Shown in pieces: positions 18,577-28,845 of a stretch of 64,000 nt of DNA. The position numbers were made by a program, and so were the translations under genes. How positions within the stretch are numbered: position 1 is the first letter of the stretch; each line of letters starts with the position of its first letter. Below the pieces are notes generated by a model that ran no database searches, was not told where the DNA came from, and saw nothing but the letters and a program-made list of their open reading frames with translations. The DNA is from Candidatus Limnocylindrales bacterium (GTDB taxonomy: Bacteria; Moduliflexota; Moduliflexia; Moduliflexales; JAUQPW01), in assembly GCA_035559535.1 (NCBI GenBank), contig DATMBG010000044.1:1-64000 (forward strand). Reading direction: 5' to 3'.

Positions 18577-20088
18577 ATGCGTCTTAATATCGTCATCTTT
18601 GTTTGTGGAGGCGTACTCATGGCTTTAGAGATCGTAGGAAGCCGGGTACTGTCGCCACATTTTGGAAGCTCTATCTATGTTTGGGGAAGCTTAATCTCCG
18701 TGTTTCTAGCAGCTTTGACGACCGGATACTTTTTAGGTGGAAAGGTAGCAGATCGGAGTCCACGCCTACAAAGTCTGGGACGGATCATCTTCCTGACCAG
18801 CTTTGTCATCTGGGCTATTCCCCTCTTTTCAGTTCAAATCATTACTTTTTTAATCAATATGGGATTGGGAGTTCGATTTGCCCCTTTGATGACCTGTCTT
18901 CTTCTCTTTTTTTTACCCAGTATGTTGTTGGGCATGGTTTCCCCTTATGGAATCCGGCTGGCAGCCGTAGAAGTTGCAACCATGGGAAATGTATCCGGAA
19001 CTCTCTACGCCATCTCTACGGCGGGAAGTATTGCAGGAACACTGCTGACCACCTTCGTTTTAATTCCTCTGATACAGGTCCGAACCATTTTTTATAGCTT
19101 AGGAGCCGCTCTGATCCTCATTTCACTCCTTACCTTGAAACGAACTACCCCCATCCAGGCTACGGTACGCACAGCTATTCTGATCATAACCTGGTTTTTC
19201 TTCCAGGAGCTACCAGAACCCAGTATTATTTCACCGGATTTTGGCGAGGTTATTTATCAACGGGATACAGCCTATCATCGGGTTTTTGTAACTCAAAACG
19301 ATCAATATCGCTTCCTGCGATTTGATCGCACCTGGCAAAGCAGTATGGATATCCGGGATCCTTACCGGTCAAAGTTTACCTACCCCGATTATTTTCAACT
19401 TGCCTGGATTTTTAAACCGGATATTCAAAAAGTTCTGATTATCGGTATGGGGGGTGGGGCTGCTTCCAAAAAATTTTATAAAGATTACCCTCACGTGAGG
19501 GTGGAAAATGTGGAAATCGATCCCGTGGTGGCAGAAGTTGGAAAGAAGTATTTTTATATCCCTGAAGACACCAGATCCCAAATCTTTATAGAAGATGGTC
19601 GGGTTTACGTGGTACGAAACCAGGGCCCCTACGATTTAATCATTCTGGACGCTTTCTTTGGTGAAACCATGCCTTTTCATCTGATGACCATCGAATTCTT
19701 TCAAATGGTCAAAGAGCGGTTGACCCCCCAGGGGGTTATCGCCGTTAACTTTCTGGGAGCATTAGGGGGTAAAAAAAGCCAGCTTTTTCGATCCTTTTTT
19801 AAAACCCTCAGTATGGTTTATCCCCAGGTTCTGGTCTTCCCGGAAGACTGGGAACCCGGAGACGATATGGAATTAGAGGGAAATTTGATTATTTTTGCTA
19901 CCTTAAGGCCCGACCATCTCTCCAAAGATCAGATCGTCCAGACGGCAAAGAAGTTAAAATCTGGATTCGTTAAGGTACCCCGGCTAGATGAATTTGCCGA
20001 GAAGCTCTATACAGCAAGGATTGAAACGAAGGATGTTCCCATCCTGACAGATCAATACGCCCCGGTAGAAGCCCTTCGACAATTATAA
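18577..20088 (+). CDS. Fused membrane domain/spermidine synthase-like SAM-binding protein
   Basis: LEIVGSRVLSPHFGSS N-terminal TMs; VLIIGMGGG, VEIDP, EDGR, DLIILDAF. Confidence 0.85.
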   Translation: MRLNIVIFVCGGVLMALEIVGSRVLSPHFGSSIYVWGSLISVFLAALTTGYFLGGKVADRSPRLQSLGRIIFLTSFVIWAIPLFSVQIITFLINMGLGVRFAPLMTCLLLFFLPSMLLGMVSPYGIRLAAVEVATMGNVSGTLYAISTAGSIAGTLLTTFVLIPLIQVRTIFYSLGAALILISLLTLKRTTPIQATVRTAILIITWFFFQELPEPSIISPDFGEVIYQRDTAYHRVFVTQNDQYRFLRFDRTWQSSMDIRDPYRSKFTYPDYFQLAWIFKPDIQKVLIIGMGGGAASKKFYKDYPHVRVENVEIDPVVAEVGKKYFYIPEDTRSQIFIEDGRVYVVRNQGPYDLIILDAFFGETMPFHLMTIEFFQMVKERLTPQGVIAVNFLGALGGKKSQLFRSFFKTLSMVYPQVLVFPEDWEPGDDMELEGNLIIFATLRPDHLSKDQIVQTAKKLKSGFVKVPRLDEFAEKLYTARIETKDVPILTDQYAPVEALRQL

Positions 20089-20139
20089 GAAAAAAACTCT
20101 TAATAGATCTGAAAAAGATCCCCTCCGGGATAACTTAGT

Positions 20140-20156
20140 CTGGCATTCTTTTTGCT
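20140..20156 (+). promoter_or_regulatory. Sigma54 (-24/-12) promoter
   Basis: CTGGCATTCTTTTTGCT = TGGCA-N6-TTGC with exact GG-N10-GC spacing. Confidence 0.65.
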
Positions 20157-20358
20157 GTAATAAAAGAAGAAGATAGGACCCTAAGGAATCTAAAGAAATC
20201 CTGGTTAGGGATCATAGAGGTACTTAATACGCAAAGTTATTATCCTTTCTCATTCCTCAAGGCTTCTTATTCTTATATGTTTTCGTAAAAAATCTTTAGG
20301 AGGAGAAATCGTAGAGGGTGCCTTTATGATCAAAGGGTTACCAAGGGAGAGAAAAGGT

Positions 20359-20673
20359 ATGAGAAGCTATGGAATCCTCTTATTAGGAATTCTTTTCCTT
20401 TCTTCTTTAGGAAGTGTCCCCTTTGTTGAAGCACGCACTTCGCAAGTTACCGTAGTGAAAGTTAAAAAGGCGCCCCGTTATTCAAGGGCGACCATTGCAA
20501 AGGCGCAGGCGCTTCTCAAGGCCCAGGGGTATTATACAGGACCCATCAATGGGATTATGACCCCTGCAACCCGAGCGGCCTTAAAGTCTTATCAGAGGCG
20601 GCACTATCTTACGGTAACCGGATATCTCAACAAAGAGACGATTCGATCCATGAAACTCGATCTGCGATCCTAG
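20359..20673 (+). CDS. Small basic exported peptidoglycan-binding (PG_binding_1) protein
   Basis: Signal peptide, AQALLKAQGYYTGPINGIM...TRAALKSYQ...L.VTG. Alternative start 20326. Confidence 0.8.
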   Translation: MRSYGILLLGILFLSSLGSVPFVEARTSQVTVVKVKKAPRYSRATIAKAQALLKAQGYYTGPINGIMTPATRAALKSYQRRHYLTVTGYLNKETIRSMKLDLRS

Positions 20674-20805
20674 CCTTTGGCTTTCCAAAGGCGAAATACG
20701 GGAATGGGTAGGAAAAGATAGAGGATCTGATTTTCTACGGGAGATCCTATATTTTCTTCTGGACCATTTCCGGGAGATGAATAAAAAGTACAGGAGGTAT
20801 CAAGT

Positions 20806-21474
20806 ATGAAAAAAAGCGTTTTTATGTTGGCATTAACCCTCTTTCTTTCTTCCCTGGGGAGTAGTCTATGGGCTGCGGAACCATCTGGCCAAACGGTTCC
20901 CATGATGGGTGAAGAAAAGATGAATCTTTCCAGGGCAGATATCAGGAAGGTCCAAGAAATTTTGAAGTCTGAAGGATTCTACACCGGACCTGTGGATGGG
21001 ATTGTGGGACCTTCCACCCGATCGGCGCTCCAAGAATATCAACGTCAACACAATCTTCTTATTACCGGACGTATCGATGAACAGACTATTCAGAGCATGA
21101 ACCTCTCTATAACTCCCAAAGCCGGTACAGAGGCAAGGGAAGAGGGTCATAAAAAGGAAGGTGGGGCGGTTTCCACACTTAAAAACATTGGAACTACCAT
21201 TAAAGAAGGAGCGGTAACAGGTGGAAAAGCCGTAGGAAAAGCAGCCAAGGGAGTAGGAGAGGAAATTTCCGATGCAACCATCACTTCGGCCATCAAGACC
21301 AAGTTTGCCAGCGATGACCAGATAAAAGCTCTGGATATCGATGTGGATACCGAAAACGGTGTTGTAACCCTCACCCCCCATGTTCCGGGAGTAAATATGG
21401 ATAGAGCCGTAGAAATCGCAAGAAACACGCCAGGAGTTAAAGAAGTTCGAGTTAAACCCGTCGAAAGACGATAA
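20806..21474 (+). CDS. Exported PG_binding_1 + BON domain protein
   Basis: VQEIL..GFYTGPVDGIVGPSTRSAL; DATITSAIK..IDVDTENGVVTL..GVKEV. Confidence 0.85.
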   Translation: MKKSVFMLALTLFLSSLGSSLWAAEPSGQTVPMMGEEKMNLSRADIRKVQEILKSEGFYTGPVDGIVGPSTRSALQEYQRQHNLLITGRIDEQTIQSMNLSITPKAGTEAREEGHKKEGGAVSTLKNIGTTIKEGAVTGGKAVGKAAKGVGEEISDATITSAIKTKFASDDQIKALDIDVDTENGVVTLTPHVPGVNMDRAVEIARNTPGVKEVRVKPVERR

Positions 21475-21833
21475 GAATAACTCTGGAAAGGAGGTAAATC
21501 TCTACCTCTTCTACCCTTTCTACGTTGAACCTCACAGGTCTCCCCTCTTCCCCCGTTCCTAAAGCTTCGGGAGAGGAGGTTCACCGGAAGCTGGCCCCCT
21601 AAACCTTCTCGCTCCCCTCTCCCCCATCCCTTCCCTCCCCGTGGACGGAGAGGGAAGGGATGGGGGAAAGGAGCCGGGCGTGAGGGTAGAAAGGTACAAA
21701 GTATGACACTGAAAAAAAATCTTTACTTCTTAGTCCACAAGAAGTAAATCCTTTATAAGTTATAATACAGGTTAGAGGGCGGCCCTGAAGCCGCCTTTTT
21801 CTTTCCAGGGAGGATTTAGAAGCCTTTAGTAAT

Positions 21834-22034
21834 TGTAACAATTTAGTAGATGGAAAAAGAAACACCCCCTGACCCCCCCCCCCTCTAATCCCCCCGTATA
21901 CGGGGGGCTGGGGGACTGACGTGGGGTTGCTGCTGAAGTCCCCCTGGAAGGGAACACCTCCCCCAGTCCCCCCTCGAGGGGGGATTGGGGGGGGTTTAGA
22001 CAGAAGAAAAAGTAACACCTACTAAATTGTTACA
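21834..22034. mobile_element. MITE-like element with 19-bp terminal inverted repeats
   Basis: TGTAACAATTTAGTAGATG...CACCTACTAAATTGTTACA (one mismatch), enclosing two C-run/G-run hairpins. Confidence 0.65.
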
Positions 22035-22236
22035 GGTACAAGCCTTTATTGTAGATTGTATTTGTAAATAGAGCTGCTATAATATAGTCAAAAGGGAATA
22101 CTGTTTCCCTGTGGAACCACGGCATAAGCCGTGGAGATAGACCCTGCAGTTGCCTTGTTTAAGGGTAGTCCAGGAATTGCCCTCAGGGGTAACCCGGTAA
22201 CATTTTCATAGTGAATAGATAGACAGGTCTCTTTTT

Positions 22237-24000
22237 ATGGGTAAAGCCGATTTTCATTCGATTTGGAAATACAAACTGGGACCGGTATTAGGCTTCGCCC
22301 TTCTCAGTTGCGGGTTCTTTTGGTTTAAGGCGGGAGAGAAAAGTATTTGGGCCAAAGATATCGAAGGTATGCGGGCGGAGGTCGTGCGGGAAATGGTGAC
22401 TTTGGGAGACTGGCTTATTCCCCATCTTAACGGAGAAATCCTGGTCACCAAACCCCCCTTTTATTTTTGGCTGGCCGGTTTTTGCTCTCTTCTCTCAGGA
22501 GAGGTCACCGAATATACCCTGAGTCTTCCTTCCGTCATCGGTGGATTTTTGGGTCTGGTATGGACTTTCCTCATTGGGCTCCAACTTTTTAATTATCGCA
22601 TTGCCTGGTTATCCGCTCTTATATTGGCTACCAGCCCTTTGTATATCCTTATGTCACGCTCCATCAACCTGGATATGACCCTGGCCTGGTTAACAACGGC
22701 TACCCTAGGATGTTTTCTACTGGGATTTCAAAGCCAGGGAAAATCCGGTAGCCGATATTATCTTTGGGCCTTCGTGTTTATGGGATTAGCCACCATGACC
22801 AAAGGACCTGTCGGAGTCATGATTCCAGGGATTCCCATTCTGGGTTATTTAGGATGGAGGTTGATTTGGAAACAGGAGGTGGCAGAGAGTAAATCAGAGG
22901 AGGATGGCAAAAAGCAAAGGGTCGAGGAGAGTTTGTTGCGGAAACGACCCTTTACCCTTTGCCCCTGGCGGACTATTTTAATAGGAATCGGGATTTTCCT
23001 GCTTATAACCTTACCCTGGGCCATCCTGGTCTATTTCCGAGTACCTAACCTTGGAGAAATCCTTTATCTGGAAACCCTCTTTCGCTATGCACGTCCCAAT
23101 TATCAGAATGCCAAACCTTTTTATTTTTATTTTATCGCCTTGCTGGAAGCCCTGGCTCCCTGGTCCTTATTTTTGCCGGCTGGGTTCCTGGCTATCGGGG
23201 AGAAATACAAAGCCAAATCCTACCCTTCTACCTCCTTACCTTCTGCCCTTGTTTTCCTTCTCCTTTGGATCTGGCCTAGTTTTTTTATATTTTCTATAAC
23301 CAGCACAAAGCGAGACTACTACCTTCTTCCTCTCTGTCCGGCCCTGGCTTTATTGGTTGCATGGATCTGGGATAACTATCTGACCGGTCAGGCTTCTGAG
23401 AGACAACAAAAACTTTTCTCTTTCGCAATCCTCAGCATTGCAGGTATTTTTCTCTTAGGACCTATGGGGATCCTCATCTTTGTTTATCTCTTTTTCCCAG
23501 ATCTGGTTAAGATAGCCCTTGTTCTATGCCTCATATATGCTGTTTTGAGTAGTTTCCTCCTTATTCTGTTCCTTAAATCAAAAAATTCAAAAACCCATTT
23601 TCTCCGATTTCGAGGGTCCCTTGTCTTCTCTGTAATTATACTGGCCCTTGCCGTTGGTTGGGGAACCTGGTTTACCGTAGGCCTTCCAAAAATGGATTCT
23701 TTGAGAACCCGTAAGGAGTTCTTTCGTGAGGTGGCCTCCCGGGTTGGTTCTCACCGTCTGGTCAATTACCGATACAATGGATACGATCTTCAGTTTTATG
23801 TCAAACGAATAGTTCCTATTATTCAAGAGCCTGCTCAACTTTATGAACTTCTAAAATCGTCCGATTCGGTTTACATTATTATGGAAGATACCCATTTTAA
23901 TTCTCTTAAACTAGAAGGATTCAAAACGATTCTGATCCGTGACCGAAGGGATCCGATTAATCCTCAAAAGGTCAGACGAATGGTTTTAATATCCAATTAG
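22237..24000 (+). CDS. ArnT/PMT-like (GT-C fold) membrane glycosyltransferase
   Basis: EMV..GDWLIPHLNG...KPPFYFW, TKGPVG, KRDYYLLP; many TMs. Confidence 0.85.
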   Translation: MGKADFHSIWKYKLGPVLGFALLSCGFFWFKAGEKSIWAKDIEGMRAEVVREMVTLGDWLIPHLNGEILVTKPPFYFWLAGFCSLLSGEVTEYTLSLPSVIGGFLGLVWTFLIGLQLFNYRIAWLSALILATSPLYILMSRSINLDMTLAWLTTATLGCFLLGFQSQGKSGSRYYLWAFVFMGLATMTKGPVGVMIPGIPILGYLGWRLIWKQEVAESKSEEDGKKQRVEESLLRKRPFTLCPWRTILIGIGIFLLITLPWAILVYFRVPNLGEILYLETLFRYARPNYQNAKPFYFYFIALLEALAPWSLFLPAGFLAIGEKYKAKSYPSTSLPSALVFLLLWIWPSFFIFSITSTKRDYYLLPLCPALALLVAWIWDNYLTGQASERQQKLFSFAILSIAGIFLLGPMGILIFVYLFFPDLVKIALVLCLIYAVLSSFLLILFLKSKNSKTHFLRFRGSLVFSVIILALAVGWGTWFTVGLPKMDSLRTRKEFFREVASRVGSHRLVNYRYNGYDLQFYVKRIVPIIQEPAQLYELLKSSDSVYIIMEDTHFNSLKLEGFKTILIRDRRDPINPQKVRRMVLISN

Positions 24001-24152
24001 CCCATGGTTTATTGTCCGTTGTTTGCTGTTTCAAAGTCGTAACCTTTGGACAGGCCTGATCTGGCTTTGATTGCTCCACGCAGGTTACGGCAGCCCCATG
24101 TACGGGCGGAAGGCCTTCCGCCCCTACGGACAATGGACAAAGGGAAATCCCT

Positions 24153-25103
24153 ATGTATAAAATTCCCTGCGATATCGTGACCGGTTTTTTAGGAAGTGGA
24201 AAGACGACGCTTCTGAAATATGTACTGCAACACGGCCTCAACAACCGCCGGGTAGCCATTGTCATGAACGAATTGGGTGATCTGGGGGTGGATGGAAAAG
24301 TAATCAAAGATCTGGAAGCGGTTGAAAAGTTGGTAGAACTGGATAACGGCTGTATTTGCTGTTCCATTGGATTTCGCTTTGCCCTGGCCATACAGGAAAT
24401 TGTTGAAACGACAAATCCAGAACTGATTATCATCGAAACCACCGGCGTCGCCGAACCCCAACCCCTCCTTCAAGAGTTGGGGGTTGCCGGTCTTACCCTG
24501 GATGCGGTGATCACGGTTGTAGATGCAGAAAATCTGTTGGGGATTCATTCTCAAAGCGTGGTTACGGAAAAACAGATTGAAGCAGCCGATTTTATCGTTC
24601 TGAACAAGATCGACCTGGTTGATGAAAAACACCTCCGTAAAGTTGAAAAGTATCTTCAAAAACTGAATGACCGGGCGCTTCTTCTACCTACTTCCTATGG
24701 TCAGGTTAAAACCGATCTTTTATTCGGTACGAGCGTACGGAATTATCGGGAAAAACTTCGTACCTCCCCATCGGGTCCCCATACAGAAGGCCACTCCCAT
24801 CTGGAACAGGACGAAATCTCCGCTTTCATCTATAAGGGTGAGAACCTTCTGGAACGTAAAAAGTTCGAGCGTTTTCTCTCCGAGTTACCTTCCCATGTCT
24901 ATCGGGCTAAGGGATTCATGAAATTCATCAACGAAAGCATGCCGTCCCTGTTTAACTACACCTGCGGACGGTTTGATTTTAATTGGTATACCTTGAAAGA
25001 CGGGGATCAGATCAAACCTCAAGCTGTATTCATCGGGAAGAATATCCATCTCGTTAAGGAAAAAATACTTAAAAACCTGGAAAAATGTGAGATCCGAGCC
25101 TGA
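24153..25103 (+). CDS. COG0523/CobW-family GTPase metallochaperone
   Basis: GFLGSGKTT, GCICC, IETTG, NKID, His patch, YRAKG. Confidence 0.9.
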   Translation: MYKIPCDIVTGFLGSGKTTLLKYVLQHGLNNRRVAIVMNELGDLGVDGKVIKDLEAVEKLVELDNGCICCSIGFRFALAIQEIVETTNPELIIIETTGVAEPQPLLQELGVAGLTLDAVITVVDAENLLGIHSQSVVTEKQIEAADFIVLNKIDLVDEKHLRKVEKYLQKLNDRALLLPTSYGQVKTDLLFGTSVRNYREKLRTSPSGPHTEGHSHLEQDEISAFIYKGENLLERKKFERFLSELPSHVYRAKGFMKFINESMPSLFNYTCGRFDFNWYTLKDGDQIKPQAVFIGKNIHLVKEKILKNLEKCEIRA

Positions 25104-25578
25104 ACTGCCTGGAAATTTTTTCTTCCCGGGGTTTAGATACTATCCTGAGCTTCATCTCTACAAAATATAACAGGGTCTTGTAGGGATTTGGTAACTGCGC
25201 CCCTACAACCCGTAGGGGCGGAAGGCCTTCCGCCCGTATATTGAATGTCTACATTATCTTAAAAAAGGAGTAGGATGCTGCATGGTCTGGCATGCAAACC
25301 CCAGCCTCCCCTACCCATATAAGAGTATAAACCCATCGGGTTTTATGGTTGATGAGGGTTGAATTGGAAAAACGAGAGTCTAAAAATTAGACGTTTCTTC
25401 CTAAAAGGTATTCTCTTCTTTTAAAAAAGAAACTTCCCTAAAAAGGAAAGTAAAAAATTGTCAGATTATAGGTCTGAAAGTTAGACCTTTTCTTTATCAG
25501 GCCCTCCGTTACGAACTATATTCTGGTTCTTCGCCTACCCTCTGGATGGTTCAAACTTTTGGCTCCCATTTTATAAGG

Positions 25579-25594
25579 TGGTACTTGAATTGCA
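25579..25594 (+). promoter_or_regulatory. Putative sigma54 promoter of the polysaccharide cluster
   Basis: TGGTACTTGAATTGCA with GG-N10-GC spacing. Confidence 0.5.
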
Positions 25595-25892
25595 AAAGGA
25601 AGTAGTTACATAACTCACAAGAGTTTAATTAGAGTACGGGCGGAAGGCCTTCCCCGCCCGTACAAGGTATCTGTTTCGGTGAAAATCTCAAATATTTTCT
25701 GTGTGAAATCCACGGTGTTGATAACATCTGACCCTATGATTAAAGAACAACAAAATTATAAAGAAATGAAGGCTGACTACAAGGATGTGAAGAAACCGTC
25801 CTCTGCTGGTTAAAAGCCGAGATATTTTGGTGGGAATTTGATAAGGAATATGCAGAATCGACCCAATTTCTTAATCAAGAAAGGAATAATCC

Positions 25893-26921
25893 ATGAGAGT
25901 ATTAGTCACAGGGCATAAAGGTTATATTGGAATGGTGATGGTTCCTATGCTTCTAAAGGCGGGGCATAGGGTAGTAGGATTAGATACGAATTTTTACGAG
26001 ACATGCACGTTTGGAAGTGACGTTGACCTCGTTCCAGAAATAAGAAAGGATCTGCGGGATGTAGAAGCATCTGATCTGAAAGGTTTTGATGCAGTTATTC
26101 ATTTAGCTGCGTTATCCAACGATCCGCTGGGAGATTTAAACCCGGACTTAACTTACGATATCAATCATAAAGCAACGGTTCGTTTGGCTGAGATAGCCAA
26201 ACAAGTTGGGATTTCCCGCTTTCTTTTTTCCTCATCCTGTAGTAATTATGGGGCTGCTGGGGATGCTTTACTGAATGAAGAAGCCCCTTTTCATCCGGTT
26301 ACCGCCTATGGAATTTCAAAAGTACGTGCCGAACAAGACCTGGTAAAGCTGGCCGACGATAATTTCTCCCCCATCCTTCTCCGTAGTGCAACGGCTTACG
26401 GGGTATCCCCTCGTTTACGCCTTGATGTGGTTCTCAACAATCTGACAGCTTCCGCTTTCATAACCGGTAAAATCTTTTTGAAAAGTGATGGGACTCCCTG
26501 GCGACCTATTGTTCATATTGAGGATATTTCTCGTGCCTTCCTGGCTGTACTCCAGGCCCCCCGTGAACTTGTACATAATCAAGCATTTAATGTCGGCAGA
26601 CCAGAAGAAAATTATCGTATTCGTGAGATAGCAGAGATAGTTAAACAAACGATTCCCCATTGTTACATTGAATTTGCAAAGGATGCAGGCCCGGATAAAC
26701 GATGTTACCGGGTAGATTCCGGTAAACTGATCCGTACCCTACCTGAATATAAACCCCAGTGGAATGCCAGACAGGGAGCCGAACAACTTTATAAAGCTTA
26801 CCAACAAGTCGGACTGACGATCACAGACTTTGAAGGTCCAAAATACAAACGAATTGATCAGATTAAGAAACTGATCCATGAGGGCCGATTAGACGAGAAC
26901 CTGCGCTGGCGTGATAAATAG
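25893..26921 (+). CDS. NAD-dependent sugar epimerase/dehydratase
   Basis: TGHKGYIG, HLAALSNDP, YGISK. Confidence 0.9.
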   Translation: MRVLVTGHKGYIGMVMVPMLLKAGHRVVGLDTNFYETCTFGSDVDLVPEIRKDLRDVEASDLKGFDAVIHLAALSNDPLGDLNPDLTYDINHKATVRLAEIAKQVGISRFLFSSSCSNYGAAGDALLNEEAPFHPVTAYGISKVRAEQDLVKLADDNFSPILLRSATAYGVSPRLRLDVVLNNLTASAFITGKIFLKSDGTPWRPIVHIEDISRAFLAVLQAPRELVHNQAFNVGRPEENYRIREIAEIVKQTIPHCYIEFAKDAGPDKRCYRVDSGKLIRTLPEYKPQWNARQGAEQLYKAYQQVGLTITDFEGPKYKRIDQIKKLIHEGRLDENLRWRDK

Positions 26922-26931
26922 GAGGAATTTT

Positions 26932-28173
26932 GTGATGATAAATATTCCGAGTTGTAGATTTTGTGGTTTTGGTTTACGTCACATCTTTGTGGATTTAGGA
27001 ATGCTTCCTCTTTGTGAAAGTTATATAAGCGAGGATCAACTCAACCGGATGGAGCCGTTCTATCCCCTCCATCCCTACGTCTGCGAGCGTTGTTTTCTGG
27101 TTCAACTGGAGGTCTATGTAGCTCCTGAAGAAATATTTTCGGAATATGCCTATTTCTCATCCTATTCGGATAGCTGGGTCCAGCATGCCAAACAATATGT
27201 AGAAATGATTACGAAACGGCTTGGGCTGAATGACCGGAGTTTAGTCATAGAGCCGGCCAGTAACGATGGCTACCTGCTTCAACACTTTGTGGCTATGGGG
27301 ATACCGGTTCTGGGAATCGAACCTGCAGCTAATGTTGCCAAAGCCGCCATAGCTAAAGGAGTTCCAACGCTAGTTAAGTTCTTCGGGGAGGAATTAGCCC
27401 GTGAATTGCTCGCCGAAGGTAAACAGGCCGATCTCTTAGTGGGTAATAATGTATTAGCTCAGGTACCCGATTTGAATGATTTCGTGAAGGGCCTGAAAGT
27501 ACTCCTTAAACCCCAGGGCGTTATTACCCTGGAGTTCCCCCATCTCATGCGCCTGGTGGAGGAAAATCAATTCGATACGATTTACCACGAACATTTCTCC
27601 TATTTTTCCTGGTTTACCACCGAAAAGATATTTGCAAAACATGGATTGAAGCTTTTTGATGTGGAAGAACTCCCGACCCATGGTGGTTCGTTAAGAATCT
27701 ATGCCTGTCACGCAGGGAACTCTGCTCAATCTGTAAGTGAGAGGGCCAGGGAACTTAAATCTAGAGAAGAAGCCGCCGGAATTACCCATCTGACCTATTA
27801 TACTTCCTTTGCCGAAAAAGTGAAGGAAACCAAGCGTAAACTCTTAGAACTCCTGATCGGTATCAAACGATCGGGAAAATCTATTGTCGGATACGGCGCT
27901 CCGGGTAAAGGAAATATTTTATTGAACTACTGTGGTATCCGATCTGATTTTCTGGATTATACCGTGGATCGTAACCCTTATAAACAAGGTAAGTTTTTAC
28001 CGGGAACCCATATTTCTATCTTTCCGCCGGATAAAATCAAGGAGACTCAACCGGATTACGTGATGATCCTACCCTGGAATTTCAAAGACGAAATTATGGA
28101 ACAGATGGCGTACATACGGAATTGGGGAGGTCAATTCCTTGTACCTATCCCCGAGCCAAGGATTTATCCATGA
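26932..28173 (+). CDS. NDP-hexose C-methyltransferase (Zn ribbon + SAM domain)
   Basis: CRFCG/CERC, ASNDGYLL, YHEHFSYF, THGGSLR, GYGAPGKG; AGGAGG SD. Confidence 0.85.
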   Translation: MMINIPSCRFCGFGLRHIFVDLGMLPLCESYISEDQLNRMEPFYPLHPYVCERCFLVQLEVYVAPEEIFSEYAYFSSYSDSWVQHAKQYVEMITKRLGLNDRSLVIEPASNDGYLLQHFVAMGIPVLGIEPAANVAKAAIAKGVPTLVKFFGEELARELLAEGKQADLLVGNNVLAQVPDLNDFVKGLKVLLKPQGVITLEFPHLMRLVEENQFDTIYHEHFSYFSWFTTEKIFAKHGLKLFDVEELPTHGGSLRIYACHAGNSAQSVSERARELKSREEAAGITHLTYYTSFAEKVKETKRKLLELLIGIKRSGKSIVGYGAPGKGNILLNYCGIRSDFLDYTVDRNPYKQGKFLPGTHISIFPPDKIKETQPDYVMILPWNFKDEIMEQMAYIRNWGGQFLVPIPEPRIYP

Positions 28174-28709
28174 TTTTTAAGCCAACAAAACTCAAAGGTG
28201 CTTACCTTATCGAGCTGGAAAGACGAGAAGACGAGCGTGGCTTTTTTGCCCGTTCCTGGTGCCGGCGGGAGTTTGAAGCACATGGGCTCAATCCAAGATT
28301 GGTACAGTGTAACATCTCTTTTAACAAGAAAAAGGGTACCTTGCGGGGAATGCACTATCAAGCTCCCCCCTATCAGGAGGCTAAATTGATTCGATGTACT
28401 GCCGGAGCTATCTACGATGTGATTATCGATTTACGTCAGAACTCCGAAACCTATAAGGAATGGATTGCTGTGGAACTCACGGCAGAGAATCGCAAAATGT
28501 TATACGTACCGGAAGGTTTTGCCCATGGATTTCAGACTTTGATGGACAATACCGAAGTGTTTTATCAGATGTCCGAATTTTACATGCCCCTCTACAGCCG
28601 GGGGATACGTTGGAATGATCCCCAGTTTAAGATTATCTGGCCTGAAACCGAGGAACGCATCATCTCGTTAAAGGATCAAACTCATCCAGATTTTGAAGTG
28701 GGCAGATAA
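28170..28709 (+). CDS. rfbC: dTDP-4-dehydrorhamnose 3,5-epimerase family
   Basis: DERGFF, GTLRGMHYQ, DVIIDLR, PEGFAHGF; ATGA overlap with the upstream gene. Confidence 0.9.
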   Translation: MIFKPTKLKGAYLIELERREDERGFFARSWCRREFEAHGLNPRLVQCNISFNKKKGTLRGMHYQAPPYQEAKLIRCTAGAIYDVIIDLRQNSETYKEWIAVELTAENRKMLYVPEGFAHGFQTLMDNTEVFYQMSEFYMPLYSRGIRWNDPQFKIIWPETEERIISLKDQTHPDFEVGR

Positions 28710-28845
28710 AATAAACCTATGGGGCTACGGGTAGAACAAATCATGGATTCGTCTCAGGTAAAACCTGGTCCACCGTAGGGCGTAGTAAGGGCGGAAGGCC
28801 TTCCGCCCGTACATGTAAGGCCTGGGAACCGAATCTGTTAGAAAA

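Noticed and set aside
21599-22018. 139-aa Pro/Gly-rich ORF (also 13200-13541 and 1114-1473)
   Set aside because: Translations of GC hairpin repeats with no protein-like features.
25101-25103. Other TGA stops as Sec codons (CobW, Pat-like, MFS, ABC ATPase)
   Set aside because: Each protein is complete at its stop and I saw no Cys-type motif continuing beyond it.
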